Below are positions 55,878 through 64,000 of a stretch of 64,000 nucleotides of DNA, piece after piece (the first letter of the stretch is position 1; each line of letters begins with the position of its first letter). Source of the stretch: Acidimicrobiales bacterium (GTDB lineage: Bacteria; Actinomycetota; Acidimicrobiia; Acidimicrobiales; SZUA-35); NCBI GenBank assembly GCA_965216355.1, contig CBDCFR010000013.1, positions 588,883 to 652,882 on the forward strand, in the 5' to 3' direction. The notes under the pieces are model-generated. The model ran no database searches. It was not told where the DNA came from and worked only from the letters and a program-made list of their open reading frames with translations. The translations under genes and the position numbers were made by a program.

Positions 55878-56342
55878 ATGTCAACCTTCCACGATTTCGA
55901 GATGGAATCGATCACCGGTGAGTCGGTGTCGTTCAAGCAGTTTCAGGGCCAGAGATGTCTGGTTGTCAACGTCGCCAGTCGTTGAGGCCTCACCCCTCAG
56001 TACGCAGGTCTGCGTGCGCTTCATAACGATCCGAACAACGACGTGATCGTCCTCGGTTTCCCCTGTAACCAGTTCGCCAACCAGGAGCCTGGCTCGAACG
56101 CCGAGATCCTCGAGTTCGCCACCTCAAACTACGACGTGAACTTCCCGATGTTCGCCAAGATCGACGTCAATGGCGACAACGAGGCTGAGCTTTATCGCTT
56201 CCTTAAAGCCGCCCAACCAGGCGACGGCGAAACGTCCGACATCGCCTGGAACTTCGAGAAGTTCCTGATCGACGGCGACGGCAACGTCACCCATCGCTTC
56301 AGCCCCACGGTCACTCCTGAGGAAATCGCCGAGCTGCTCTAG
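55878..56342 (+). CDS. gpx: glutathione peroxidase with an in-frame TGA at the catalytic position (probable selenocysteine)
   Basis: The frame is open from ATG 55878 to TAG 56342 apart from a TGA at 55983-55985. The translation is MSTFHDFEMESITGESVSFKQFQGQRCLVVNVASR-TGA-GLTPQYAGLRALHNDPNNDVIVLGFPCNQFANQEPGSNAEI...WNFEKFLIDGDGNV. The GPx signatures NVAS-x-[C/U]-G-x-T, LGFPCNQF and WNFEKFL are all present. Confidence 0.8.
55983..56020 (+). promoter_or_regulatory. candidate bacterial SECIS element downstream of the GPx UGA
   Basis: A hairpin GUACGC(56000-56005)-AGGUCU(56006-56011)-GCGUGC(56012-56017) starts 14 nt after the UGA. Its GCAGGUCUGC core and AGGUCU loop match the apical part of the E. 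coli fdhF SECIS as I remember it. Confidence 0.6.
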
Positions 56343-59008
56343 TTGCTGGCCTGAATGAGCGTGGCCACCAGACCGGTCCAACCGGTCTGATGCGAGGCGC
56401 CCAGGCCACGGCCGTTGTCGCCGTGAAAGTACTCGTGGAACAGGATCTGGTCGTGCCAACCGGAGTTGGTCTGAAAGAGGCGAGACTCGGGCTCCTGCTG
56501 GTCGCCGAACGCCGGTCGGTGCCCATGCTCGTCGTTGAGAAACAGCGACACGAGCCGACGAGCGAGATCGCCGCTGATGGTGCGCAGATTGTGACGCTCC
56601 CCGGATCCGCTGGGGTACTCCAGCACAAACGATTCGCCAAGACCGGCGTGGAACTGCTTAAGCGACTCGATCAACAGGTAGTTGACGGGGAACCACACCG
56701 GACCCCGCCAGTTGGAGTTGCCGCCGAACAATCCCGACTCCGACTCGGCCGGCTCATAACTGACAGTGGCCGAAATCCCGCCGACGTGGATGGTGAACGG
56801 ATTCTCGTCGTGGCTCTTGGCCAGCGACCGGATACCGAACGGCGACAGGAATTCGTCGGCGTCGAACATCGGAGTCAGGATGCGAGGTAGCCGCTCCGGC
56901 GACACGATCGACAGCAGCCACCCGGGTTGCGAGTCCGCTCCCGGCTCGGGCCCATCCGGGGAGACAGGGTGCACCACGTTGCTGGCCAGATGGGCCTTGT
57001 TGGTGAGGAACCAGTTGAAGCGGGAGGCGAAGTCGGGCAAGCGGTTGAGGGTCTCCTTCGAAACCGTGGTGGTGGCGGCCAGGGGCAGCAGCCCCACCAG
57101 GGAACGCACCCGCAGCGGCACCGGGGCCGCTCCCGGCGGGTGAAGCACGTCGTAGTAGAAGCCGTCGTCCTCATTCCACAGGCCGCTGTTGTTCATCGCG
57201 TTGGCGATGTAGGTGAAGTGCTCGAAGAACTTGGTGGCGATGTCTTCGTAGGTGACGTCGTGTTCGGCCAGGATCAACGCCATCTGCAGAAGGTTGAGGC
57301 TGTACATGGCCATCCACGCCGTGCCGTCGGACTGCTCGAGCCGTCCGCCGTTGGGAAGCCCCTCCGACCGGTCGATCGGGCCGATGTTGTCGAGGCCGAG
57401 GAAGCCGCCCTCAAACACGTTGTCGCCCTGCTGATCCTTGCGGTTGACCCACCAGGTGAAGTTGAGGAGCAGCTTGTGCATGATGCGCTCCAGAAACTCG
57501 TAGTCCTCCCCGCCGTCGATCTTGAACACCTGCAGGGCGGCCCACGCGTGGACCGGAGGATTCACGTCGCCAAAGGCCCACTCGTAAGCCGGTAGCTGAC
57601 CGTCGGGGTGCATGTACCACTCCCGGCACAACGTCACCAGCTGCTCCTTGGCGAAGTCGGCGTCGAGCTGGGCCAGCGGCACACAGTGAAAGGCCAGGTC
57701 CCACGCTGCGTACCAGGGGTACTCCCACTTGTCAGGCATCGAGATGATGTCGCGATTGTTGAGGTGGCGCCAGGCCGAGTTACGGCCTCGCTTGCGACTG
57801 CTCGGAGGTGGGCTACCGGCAGGGTCGCCGTCGAGCCAGCGTTCAACATCGAAGTGATAGAACTGCTTGGTCCACAACATCCCGGCGTAGGCCTGGCGGG
57901 CGACCAACGTTTCCTCGGCGGAGGCCGATGGTGGGATCAGCGTGCGGTAGAAGTCGTCGGCCTCCTGATGCCGAGCGGTCAGGACCTGCTCGATCTCAGC
58001 CGTCGATGAGGTTGCCAACGCCGATGTCGCCGTTGGTGCGAGTCGAAGCTCGATCACAGAGCTGGCCCCGGCCTCCACCGTCAGCTGGTAGTGAAGGGCC
58101 GCTTTGGTGCCGTGCTGGTCGGGATTCACGGTTGCCGCGCCGCCGATTACGTGGTCGTTGATGCCGTCCTTGGGATAGGGATCGCCGTCGGTCCCCCAGA
58201 GGAGCCGGCTGTTTGACTCGTTGTTGCAGAACAGGCGGGCCGGATCGAGACCGTTTGCAGCGGTCAACGTCATCGATCCGAGGCGCGGATGGTCGGCCAC
58301 CAACCCACCGCCCGAGCCCGACGGTCGGATGATCGGTTGCTGCTTTTCAGCGCGCTCATCGTCCCACGACCAGGTGTTGCGGAACCACAGGGTGGGCAGC
58401 ACGTGCAGGGTCGCCGCCTGCGGTCCGGCGTTGCGAACGGTGAGGCGGATGGCGATGTCGTCGGGAGAGTCCTTCGCGTAGTCGGCGGTGATCTCCCAAT
58501 AGCGGTTGTCGTCGAACACGCCGGTGTCGGCCAGCTCGTACTCAGGGTCGAGTCGACCTCGACGAGCGTTCTCGTCAACCAGCTGCTGATACGGGAACTC
58601 GGCGTGAGGATAGGCGTAACGCCACCGCATCCACGAATGGGTGGGGGTGGAGTCGAGGTACCACCAGTACTCCTTCACGTCCTCGCCATGGTTGCCCTCG
58701 TGGCCGGTCAGGCCAAAGAGGCGTTCCTTCAAAACCGGATCGTTGCCGTTCCAGAAGGCGAAGGCCAGGCACAGCCGTTGTTTGCTGTCGCAAATGCCGC
58801 CGAGGCCGTCTTCGTTCCAGCGGTAGGTCCGCGATCGAGCGTGATCATGGGGAAAGTAGCGCCAGGGATCGGCGGCCGCTCCGTAGTCTTCCCGCACCGT
58901 TCCCCAGGCCCGCTCGCTCACGTAGGGGCCCCAACGTTTCCATTGTTTTGCGGTGTGGTTTCCGTCGCCCAGGAGTCGCTGGTGCTCGGCAGTGGTCATG
59001 CCCATCAT
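56339..59008 (-). CDS. GH63/MGH1-like (alpha/alpha)6-barrel glycoside hydrolase (glucosidase-like)
   Basis: An 889-aa protein. The conserved N-terminus is WKRWGPYVSERAWGTVREDYG...WRYFPHDHARSRTYRWNEDGLGGICD...LCLAFAFWNGNDPVLKERLFGLTGHEGNHGEDVKEYWWYLDSTPTHSWMRWRYAYP. The C-terminal barrel contains NWRGPVWFPVNYLLIESL and FHEYFHGDNGRGLGASHQTGWTGLVA. Confidence 0.8.
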   Translation of the reverse strand: MMGMTTAEHQRLLGDGNHTAKQWKRWGPYVSERAWGTVREDYGAAADPWRYFPHDHARSRTYRWNEDGLGGICDSKQRLCLAFAFWNGNDPVLKERLFGLTGHEGNHGEDVKEYWWYLDSTPTHSWMRWRYAYPHAEFPYQQLVDENARRGRLDPEYELADTGVFDDNRYWEITADYAKDSPDDIAIRLTVRNAGPQAATLHVLPTLWFRNTWSWDDERAEKQQPIIRPSGSGGGLVADHPRLGSMTLTAANGLDPARLFCNNESNSRLLWGTDGDPYPKDGINDHVIGGAATVNPDQHGTKAALHYQLTVEAGASSVIELRLAPTATSALATSSTAEIEQVLTARHQEADDFYRTLIPPSASAEETLVARQAYAGMLWTKQFYHFDVERWLDGDPAGSPPPSSRKRGRNSAWRHLNNRDIISMPDKWEYPWYAAWDLAFHCVPLAQLDADFAKEQLVTLCREWYMHPDGQLPAYEWAFGDVNPPVHAWAALQVFKIDGGEDYEFLERIMHKLLLNFTWWVNRKDQQGDNVFEGGFLGLDNIGPIDRSEGLPNGGRLEQSDGTAWMAMYSLNLLQMALILAEHDVTYEDIATKFFEHFTYIANAMNNSGLWNEDDGFYYDVLHPPGAAPVPLRVRSLVGLLPLAATTTVSKETLNRLPDFASRFNWFLTNKAHLASNVVHPVSPDGPEPGADSQPGWLLSIVSPERLPRILTPMFDADEFLSPFGIRSLAKSHDENPFTIHVGGISATVSYEPAESESGLFGGNSNWRGPVWFPVNYLLIESLKQFHAGLGESFVLEYPSGSGERHNLRTISGDLARRLVSLFLNDEHGHRPAFGDQQEPESRLFQTNSGWHDQILFHEYFHGDNGRGLGASHQTGWTGLVATLIQASN

Positions 59009-59076
59009 TATCGGGGTCGCTCATGTAGGGACCAAAGGTCCTACCGAATCTTTCGCCGATCGGCGAGGCTGGAGGG

Positions 59077-60948
59077 ATGAGTATCGCACCGTCTCCAATC
59101 GACTCCGCCCCCGCCTCCGTTCAGCACGCCGGACTCAAAAACTGGGTGGCCGACATGGCCGCGCTCTGCAAGCCCGACGACGTGTACTGGTGCGACGGAT
59201 CCGATGAGGAGTACGACCGACTCTGCCAGGAACTGGTGGACGCCGGAACCTTCATCAGGCTCAACGACGAACTCCGACCCAACAGCTTCCTCGCCCGATC
59301 CGACCCGTCCGATGTGGCTCGGGTGGAGGGCCGCACCTTCATCTGTTCCCGCTCCGAGCAGGACGCCGGACCAACGAACAACTGGATGGACCCTTCGGAA
59401 ATGCGGTCGATTCTCAACGGACTGTTCGACGGCTCGATGCGGGGCCGCACCATGTACGTGATCCCGTTCTCGATGGGTCCCCTCGGCTCCGACATCGCCC
59501 AGATCGGTGTGGAGATCAGCGATTCGCCCTACGTGGCCGTCAACATGAAGATCATGACCCGCATGGGGGAGGCGGTGTACGACGTGCTCGGCACCGACGG
59601 CGATTTCGTGCCCTGCGCCCACACCGTCGGCGCTCCGCTGGAGCCCGGTCAGGAAGACGTGTCGTGGCCCTGCAACCCCGACGAGAAGTACATCGTGCAT
59701 TACCCCGAGGATCGGGAGATCTGGTCGTACGGTTCGGGTTACGGCGGCAACGCCCTCCTCGGTAAGAAGTGCCTGGCCCTGCGTATCGCGTCCAACATGG
59801 CCCGGGATGAAGGCTGGCTCGCCGAGCACATGTTGATCATGGGCGTGACCGAGCCAAGCGGCGACAAAACCTACGTGGCCGCCGCCTTCCCGTCGGCCTG
59901 CGGCAAAACCAACTTCGCCATGCTCGAACCGCCCGCCGAGTTCACCGAACAAGGCTGGAAGATCAGCACCGTCGGCGACGACATCGCCTGGATCAAACCG
60001 TCACCCGACGGCAAGCTCCGAGCAATCAACCCCGAGGCCGGCTACTTCGGCGTAGCCCCCGGCACGTCGATGGCAACCAACCCGTCGGCCATGGAATCGA
60101 TCAAAGCCAACACCATCTTCACCAACGTGGCCTACACCGATGAGGGTGACGTGTGGTGGGAGGGTATGGACGGCGATCCGCCTGCCCACTGCATCGACTG
60201 GAAAGGCAACGACTGGACCCCCGACTCCGAGACCCCGGCGTCGCACCCCAACGCTCGCTTCACCGCGCCGTCGGGTCAGAACCCGGTGATCGACGAAGCC
60301 TGGGACGATCCGGCCGGTGTGCCGATCAACGCCTTCATCTTCGGCGGACGTCGCTCCGGCACGATGCCGCTGGTGGTGCAGTCGTTCAACTGGGCCTACG
60401 GCGTGTACATGGCCGCCACGATGGGATCGGAGACTACGGCCGCCGCGTTCGGTCAACAGGGTGTTGTGCGACGTGACCCGTTCGCCATGCTGCCGTTCGC
60501 CGGGTACCACATGGGTGCCTACATCAACCATTGGTTGAGCTTCGGTCGCAACATCCAGAACCCACCCCGCATCTTCTCGGTCAACTGGTTCCGTCGAGAT
60601 GAAGACGGCAACTTCACCTGGCCTGGGTTCGGCGAGAACATGAGGGTTCTGGAGTGGATCGTGAAGCGCTCACAGGGCAAGGCCGTCGGTGTCGAAAGCC
60701 CGCTCGGTTGGATGCCTCGTCATGCCGACATCACCTGGGATGGTCTCGATGGTTTCACCGAGGAGGACTTCCTGCAGTGCATGTCGGTGGACCGTTCCGA
60801 CTGGGACGCCGAACTGCTCGAGGTGGAGGAGCTGTTCATGCGCCTTCACGATCGGTTGCCGTCGGAGATGCGCTCGATTCGTGACCTCACCGCCGGGGCG
60901 CTCTGGCGTTCGCCTGAGCACTGGGAGATGAATCCCGACCCGACTTAG
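59077..60948 (+). CDS. pckG: phosphoenolpyruvate carboxykinase (GTP)
   Basis: The full-length protein is 623 aa. The kinase-1a loop is [15 protein letters not shown]. Also present are [24 protein letters not shown] and [26 protein letters not shown]. Confidence 0.95.
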   Translation: MSIAPSPIDSAPASVQHAGLKNWVADMAALCKPDDVYWCDGSDEEYDRLCQELVDAGTFIRLNDELRPNSFLARSDPSDVARVEGRTFICSRSEQDAGPTNNWMDPSEMRSILNGLFDGSMRGRTMYVIPFSMGPLGSDIAQIGVEISDSPYVAVNMKIMTRMGEAVYDVLGTDGDFVPCAHTVGAPLEPGQEDVSWPCNPDEKYIVHYPEDREIWSYGSGYGGNALLGKKCLALRIASNMARDEGWLAEHMLIMGVTEPSGDKTYVAAAFPSACGKTNFAMLEPPAEFTEQGWKISTVGDDIAWIKPSPDGKLRAINPEAGYFGVAPGTSMATNPSAMESIKANTIFTNVAYTDEGDVWWEGMDGDPPAHCIDWKGNDWTPDSETPASHPNARFTAPSGQNPVIDEAWDDPAGVPINAFIFGGRRSGTMPLVVQSFNWAYGVYMAATMGSETTAAAFGQQGVVRRDPFAMLPFAGYHMGAYINHWLSFGRNIQNPPRIFSVNWFRRDEDGNFTWPGFGENMRVLEWIVKRSQGKAVGVESPLGWMPRHADITWDGLDGFTEEDFLQCMSVDRSDWDAELLEVEELFMRLHDRLPSEMRSIRDLTAGALWRSPEHWEMNPDPT

Positions 60949-61931
60949 TCGGCTCCGTATGCGACTGGGCGCTCGGTGCGGAGAAACTTGAAGAAGCTCC
61001 ACGTCGACACCGCCGTCAGCATGTGCCAGATGGCGTGAGCCTGGATGATCGAATCGGGACGGCACCATTCGTGGTCTGCCGTCCCGGTTGTCCAGATGGC
61101 GAACGCCACCAGGAATGAACCCATACCGATCCAGAACCACGGGGTATACGTGCGTTCCGTCGGTCGGCCGCGGTTGGCGAGCAGTCCTGGTACCCAAAAC
61201 AGCACCACCCACCAGTAGTCGCCGATGTTGGCCACCATTTCAATCGGGGTGATGCCGAACACCAGCGCCACCACAAAGCCGATAAGCCCCGACCACCACC
61301 GGGCGGCCGGTGACCAGAAGCGATAGAGCGTCTCGGAAATCATCCAGAGTGCAATCGATAGGCCAAACAGGTCGAGTCCGATTCCGAGGTCGTGTCCGAA
61401 GAACCAGTAGGTCACCGTATACGCCGCCAACACGGAGCCGTAGACGGTCAGGAGAGATCGGTCGCTGGTGCGGCGCAGCGTGGCCACGGTGAACATCCAC
61501 GGGATGAGGATGTAGGCGACCATCGAGACGTTGTCGATCCACGCACCGAAAAACGTGTGGCTGCCGTGCATCATCATCGATCCCGGTCCCAGAAACACTG
61601 TCGCTGCGGCGTACGTGAGGGCGACCGGTTGGTTCCCGATGAACTTGTTGTTCGATTGATCTGCTCCGGAGGCCGTTTCTCGGGCGAGCAGGAGAAACAT
61701 CGTGAGGCCCGACACCACGAACCCAAGGTTTCCGAGTGTGTTGACCGGCTCTCGCATCAGGCCGCCGCTCACCCGTTCGCACCAGCGGGAGATCTCGCCG
61801 ATGGCTGGTTCGTTGTCGGCTGGAGTCCACCATCCTGTGGCCCCACCAATCACAAAGAGCACGGCAAAAACGGCCAGCGCAAACAGCGTGATCTTCAGAG
61901 GTTGGTAGGCGCTTTGAACTGTCCGGGCCAC
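60945..61931 (-). CDS. polytopic membrane protein, ceramidase-fold-like (hypothetical)
   Basis: The track ORF extends to 62174 but overlaps the divergent gene, so I place the start at GTG 61931 ([30 protein letters not shown]). The motif [29 protein letters not shown] resembles the DWCE...EP-NT-SN signature of alkaline-ceramidase-type 7-TM hydrolases. A conserved His-rich TM region is present (MMMHGSHTF; [10 protein letters not shown]). Confidence 0.5.
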   Translation of the reverse strand: MARTVQSAYQPLKITLFALAVFAVLFVIGGATGWWTPADNEPAIGEISRWCERVSGGLMREPVNTLGNLGFVVSGLTMFLLLARETASGADQSNNKFIGNQPVALTYAAATVFLGPGSMMMHGSHTFFGAWIDNVSMVAYILIPWMFTVATLRRTSDRSLLTVYGSVLAAYTVTYWFFGHDLGIGLDLFGLSIALWMISETLYRFWSPAARWWSGLIGFVVALVFGITPIEMVANIGDYWWVVLFWVPGLLANRGRPTERTYTPWFWIGMGSFLVAFAIWTTGTADHEWCRPDSIIQAHAIWHMLTAVSTWSFFKFLRTERPVAYGAD

Positions 61932-62019
61932 CGCTCCATCAAAGCATCCCACTGGTACTTCCACCCAAATGCCGGCCACACCCCAGCGGGAGGCGCCTTC
62001 AAGAATCAGATGACGGGAT

Positions 62020-64000
62020 TTGGCGGTGGAACGAGCGGTTACTAGAGATCTGGGTGTTTCGACGACGAGGCGGCCCCGAGGGCGGTGGTTCGACGCGCTC
62101 CTGATCCTGCCGCTGGTGGGCGTGATCGTCGGTGCGTTCGCTGTCTTCAAGGCGCTTGGGCCATCGGAAGCCATTGCCTATGACAGTCAGGTCGACACCC
62201 CGATCCTGATGGCCCGCCGGCTGCCCCAGGCGGTCTCCGGCGGTGTCGGGCAGATGCTGCTTGATGAACAGGCCGCCGACGTTGTCGCCACCAGCCCACC
62301 CAACTCCTGTATCGCCCTGCCGTCTTCGATGGCCGATGCCGGAATGGCACAGGCCCCCAGGGTTTTTGGTTCCGCCGGTGGTCTGGTCCCGGCGTCGTTG
62401 GTGAAACTACTTGTCACCGACGCCACTCTGGCCACCTTCGAACCCGACCATCGCTTCAGCACCACCGTGGCGTCGGTTGAGCCGCCGAACGACGACGGCA
62501 CGGTGGCCGACCTCTACCTCGTCGGTGGAGGCGACCCATATCTTTCGACCGGGGAATGGATCGAGTTCGTCGATCTTCCTGAGGCTCGAGCGTCGTATAC
62601 TCGCCTCGAAGAGCTCGCCGATCTGGTTGTTGCGGCTGGAGTCACTCGGGTCTCCGGCTCCGTGATCGGCGACAGCTCCTACTTCAACGCCCCTCTCGAA
62701 GAAGACGCGGAGTACACGGCTCCCGGCCCGGGGTCGGCGCTGATCGTCGACGAAGGGGTCGTGCAGTTGCCGGCTGAGGAGGACAGGAGCCGGTTCGCCC
62801 CCACCCGAACCGCAGCCGTAACCGGGCAAGCCGCAGCGGTATTCGCCGGGCTGCTGGAGGAGCGAGGTGTGCGGATAGACGGTCGCTCCAAGGTTGGCGC
62901 GCATCCCGACGGCGCGCACACGGTGGCCGAGCTGTAGTCGGCGACGGTGGAGGAGCTGGTCACCACCATCAACACGTTCAGTTCGAGCCATGGGGCCCAG
63001 ATGCTCGTTCGCCACCTTGGCCTGGCCACCGCAGGCACCGGCACGGTCGAGGCCGGTATAGCGGCTGTTGTTGAGCATCTGACCCGGTCGGGCCTGCCGA
63101 TGGACAATGTGGTGGTGGCCGATGCCACTGGCCTGTCGGAGAACAACCGGGTCACCTGCCGCCTGATCTTCGAGCTACTCCGCAATGCCGGACCCGACTC
63201 GGTGCTCGCCCGATCGCTGTGGGTCAGCGGAACCATCGGCACGGCGGGTCAGCGGTTTACCAACCCCGAGATACGGGGACTGGTGCGGGCCAAGACCGGC
63301 ACTCTCAGCCAGAGCCGTGCCCTGGCCGGATTCGCCACGTCGTGGGTCGACGGCCGTCACATCCCCTTTGTGTTCATCATCAACCAGGATGGCCTCGACT
63401 ACGACACCTTCGATCCACTCGCCCGCCTCATCCAAGAGGATCTCTTGGTGGCTCTGGTTCAGCTGCCGTGTCTGCCTGATCGGGATGCGTTCGAGAAGCT
63501 CGTCGGCGCTGGGGATCAGCCGTCAACCGTGTTGGCGTTGGGCGATGTGGCCGGGCCTGCCGATGGCGATCCAACAACCGATTCGATAACGACCGATTTG
63601 ATGACAACCGATTCGACGGCGGTCGACCCGCTGGCTCCTACCATCGAGCCTGCTGATCCCGGCGACCTCGCCCTGGGCGACCCGCGCCGTGCCGGCTGCG
63701 ACGATGGCCAGCCCGTGCATGGGCTACGGCTCGACTCGACGTTCGTTGAGCTTCGGTACTCGCCATCGTGCGAGACGATGTGGGCCAAGGCCACGTTCGC
63801 CTCACTCATCTCGGGTGTGGCCGAGCTCCACCTCGTCGGCTATCAGTGTGCCGAAGCCGAAAGCGCCTGTCGGGCGGCGGTGCAAACCGTCCGTCTCGAC
63901 TCGGGCCAGGTGTGCACCAATCCGGTCGACGAGTCGGGCACATGCGTGTTGGCCTCGGCCGACCAAGTGTTGACCGAGATGATGCCGGCTTCAATGGCCA
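62020..64000 (+). pseudogene. PBP4/DacB-like (peptidase S13) D-Ala-D-Ala carboxypeptidase gene interrupted by an in-frame TAG (62935-62937), with a C-terminal DUF2690-like extension; continues past the window end
   Basis: Before the stop: the SxxK context LVPASLVKLLV and DLYLVGGGDPYLS. After the TAG the same frame stays open to position 64000. It reads SATVEELVTTINTFSSSHGAQMLVRHLG...DATGLSENNRVT...VRAKTGTLSQSRALAGF (KTG motif), then a repeat linker, then GCDDGQPVHGLRLDSTFVELRYSPSCETMWAKA. This second half is not in the ORF track because it has no start codon and is open-ended. Confidence 0.65.
63574..63618 (+). repeat. three tandem 15-bp coding repeats (ACAACCGATTCGATA / ACGACCGATTTGATG / ACAACCGATTCGACG)
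   Basis: Read directly from the sequence. The units encode TTDSI-TTDLM-TTDST in the linker between the PBP4-like domain and the C-terminal Cys-containing domain. Confidence 0.85.

Noticed and set aside
59041-59952. 303-aa minus-strand ORF opposite pckG
   Set aside because: It is an antisense shadow of a highly conserved PEPCK gene.
61932-62174. 81-codon N-terminal extension of the ceramidase-like membrane protein ORF
   Set aside because: It overlaps the divergent DacB-like gene start region and is Ser/Arg/Thr-rich and non-hydrophobic. The GTG at 61931 immediately precedes the first TM helix. The start remains uncertain.

Overview
High-GC, Actinomycetota-like chromosomal DNA, densely coding on both strands. 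All calls were made by eye from the six-frame track and the raw sequence; no searches or alignments were run. I saw no rRNA, tRNA or CRISPR array.

The left end (1-~11 kb) looks accessory. It holds a decayed IS3-family element, a visibly more AT-rich stretch with an orphan membrane protein, a PKD-repeat secreted protein coupled to an SGNH hydrolase, and several unrecognisable genes.

Positions 12.4-16.1 kb carry a compact tailoring-enzyme cluster: a 2OG-Fe(II) oxygenase, an MFS transporter, a heme-oxygenase-like di-iron enzyme and a GNAT/N-acyl synthase-like gene.

Positions 16.1-28.1 kb hold the two most unusual modules:
- A TPR-CHAT protease lies divergent from an S8 subtilase, an ECF sigma factor and an acidic partner gene.
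- A three-gene membrane operon has a largest protein that reads like a NACHT/STAND NTPase with ablated catalytic motifs embedded in a polytopic membrane protein. It shares a C-terminal extracytoplasmic module with its neighbour.

The rest is mostly housekeeping or envelope genes: ExeM/NucH nuclease, Rieske oxygenase, nitroreductase, CapA, a CKX-like FAD oxidase, APH, two further ECF sigma/anti-sigma pairs with beta-propeller sensors, eukaryote-like SBP56, GH2, a single-chain BC-BCCP-CT carboxylase, an IMPDH-family protein, a GH63-like hydrolase and GTP-PEPCK.

Two recoding or decay signals stand out:
- A glutathione peroxidase has an in-frame TGA at the catalytic position, followed by an fdhF-like SECIS hairpin, so it is a probable selenoprotein.
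- A PBP4/DacB-like gene is interrupted by an in-frame TAG.
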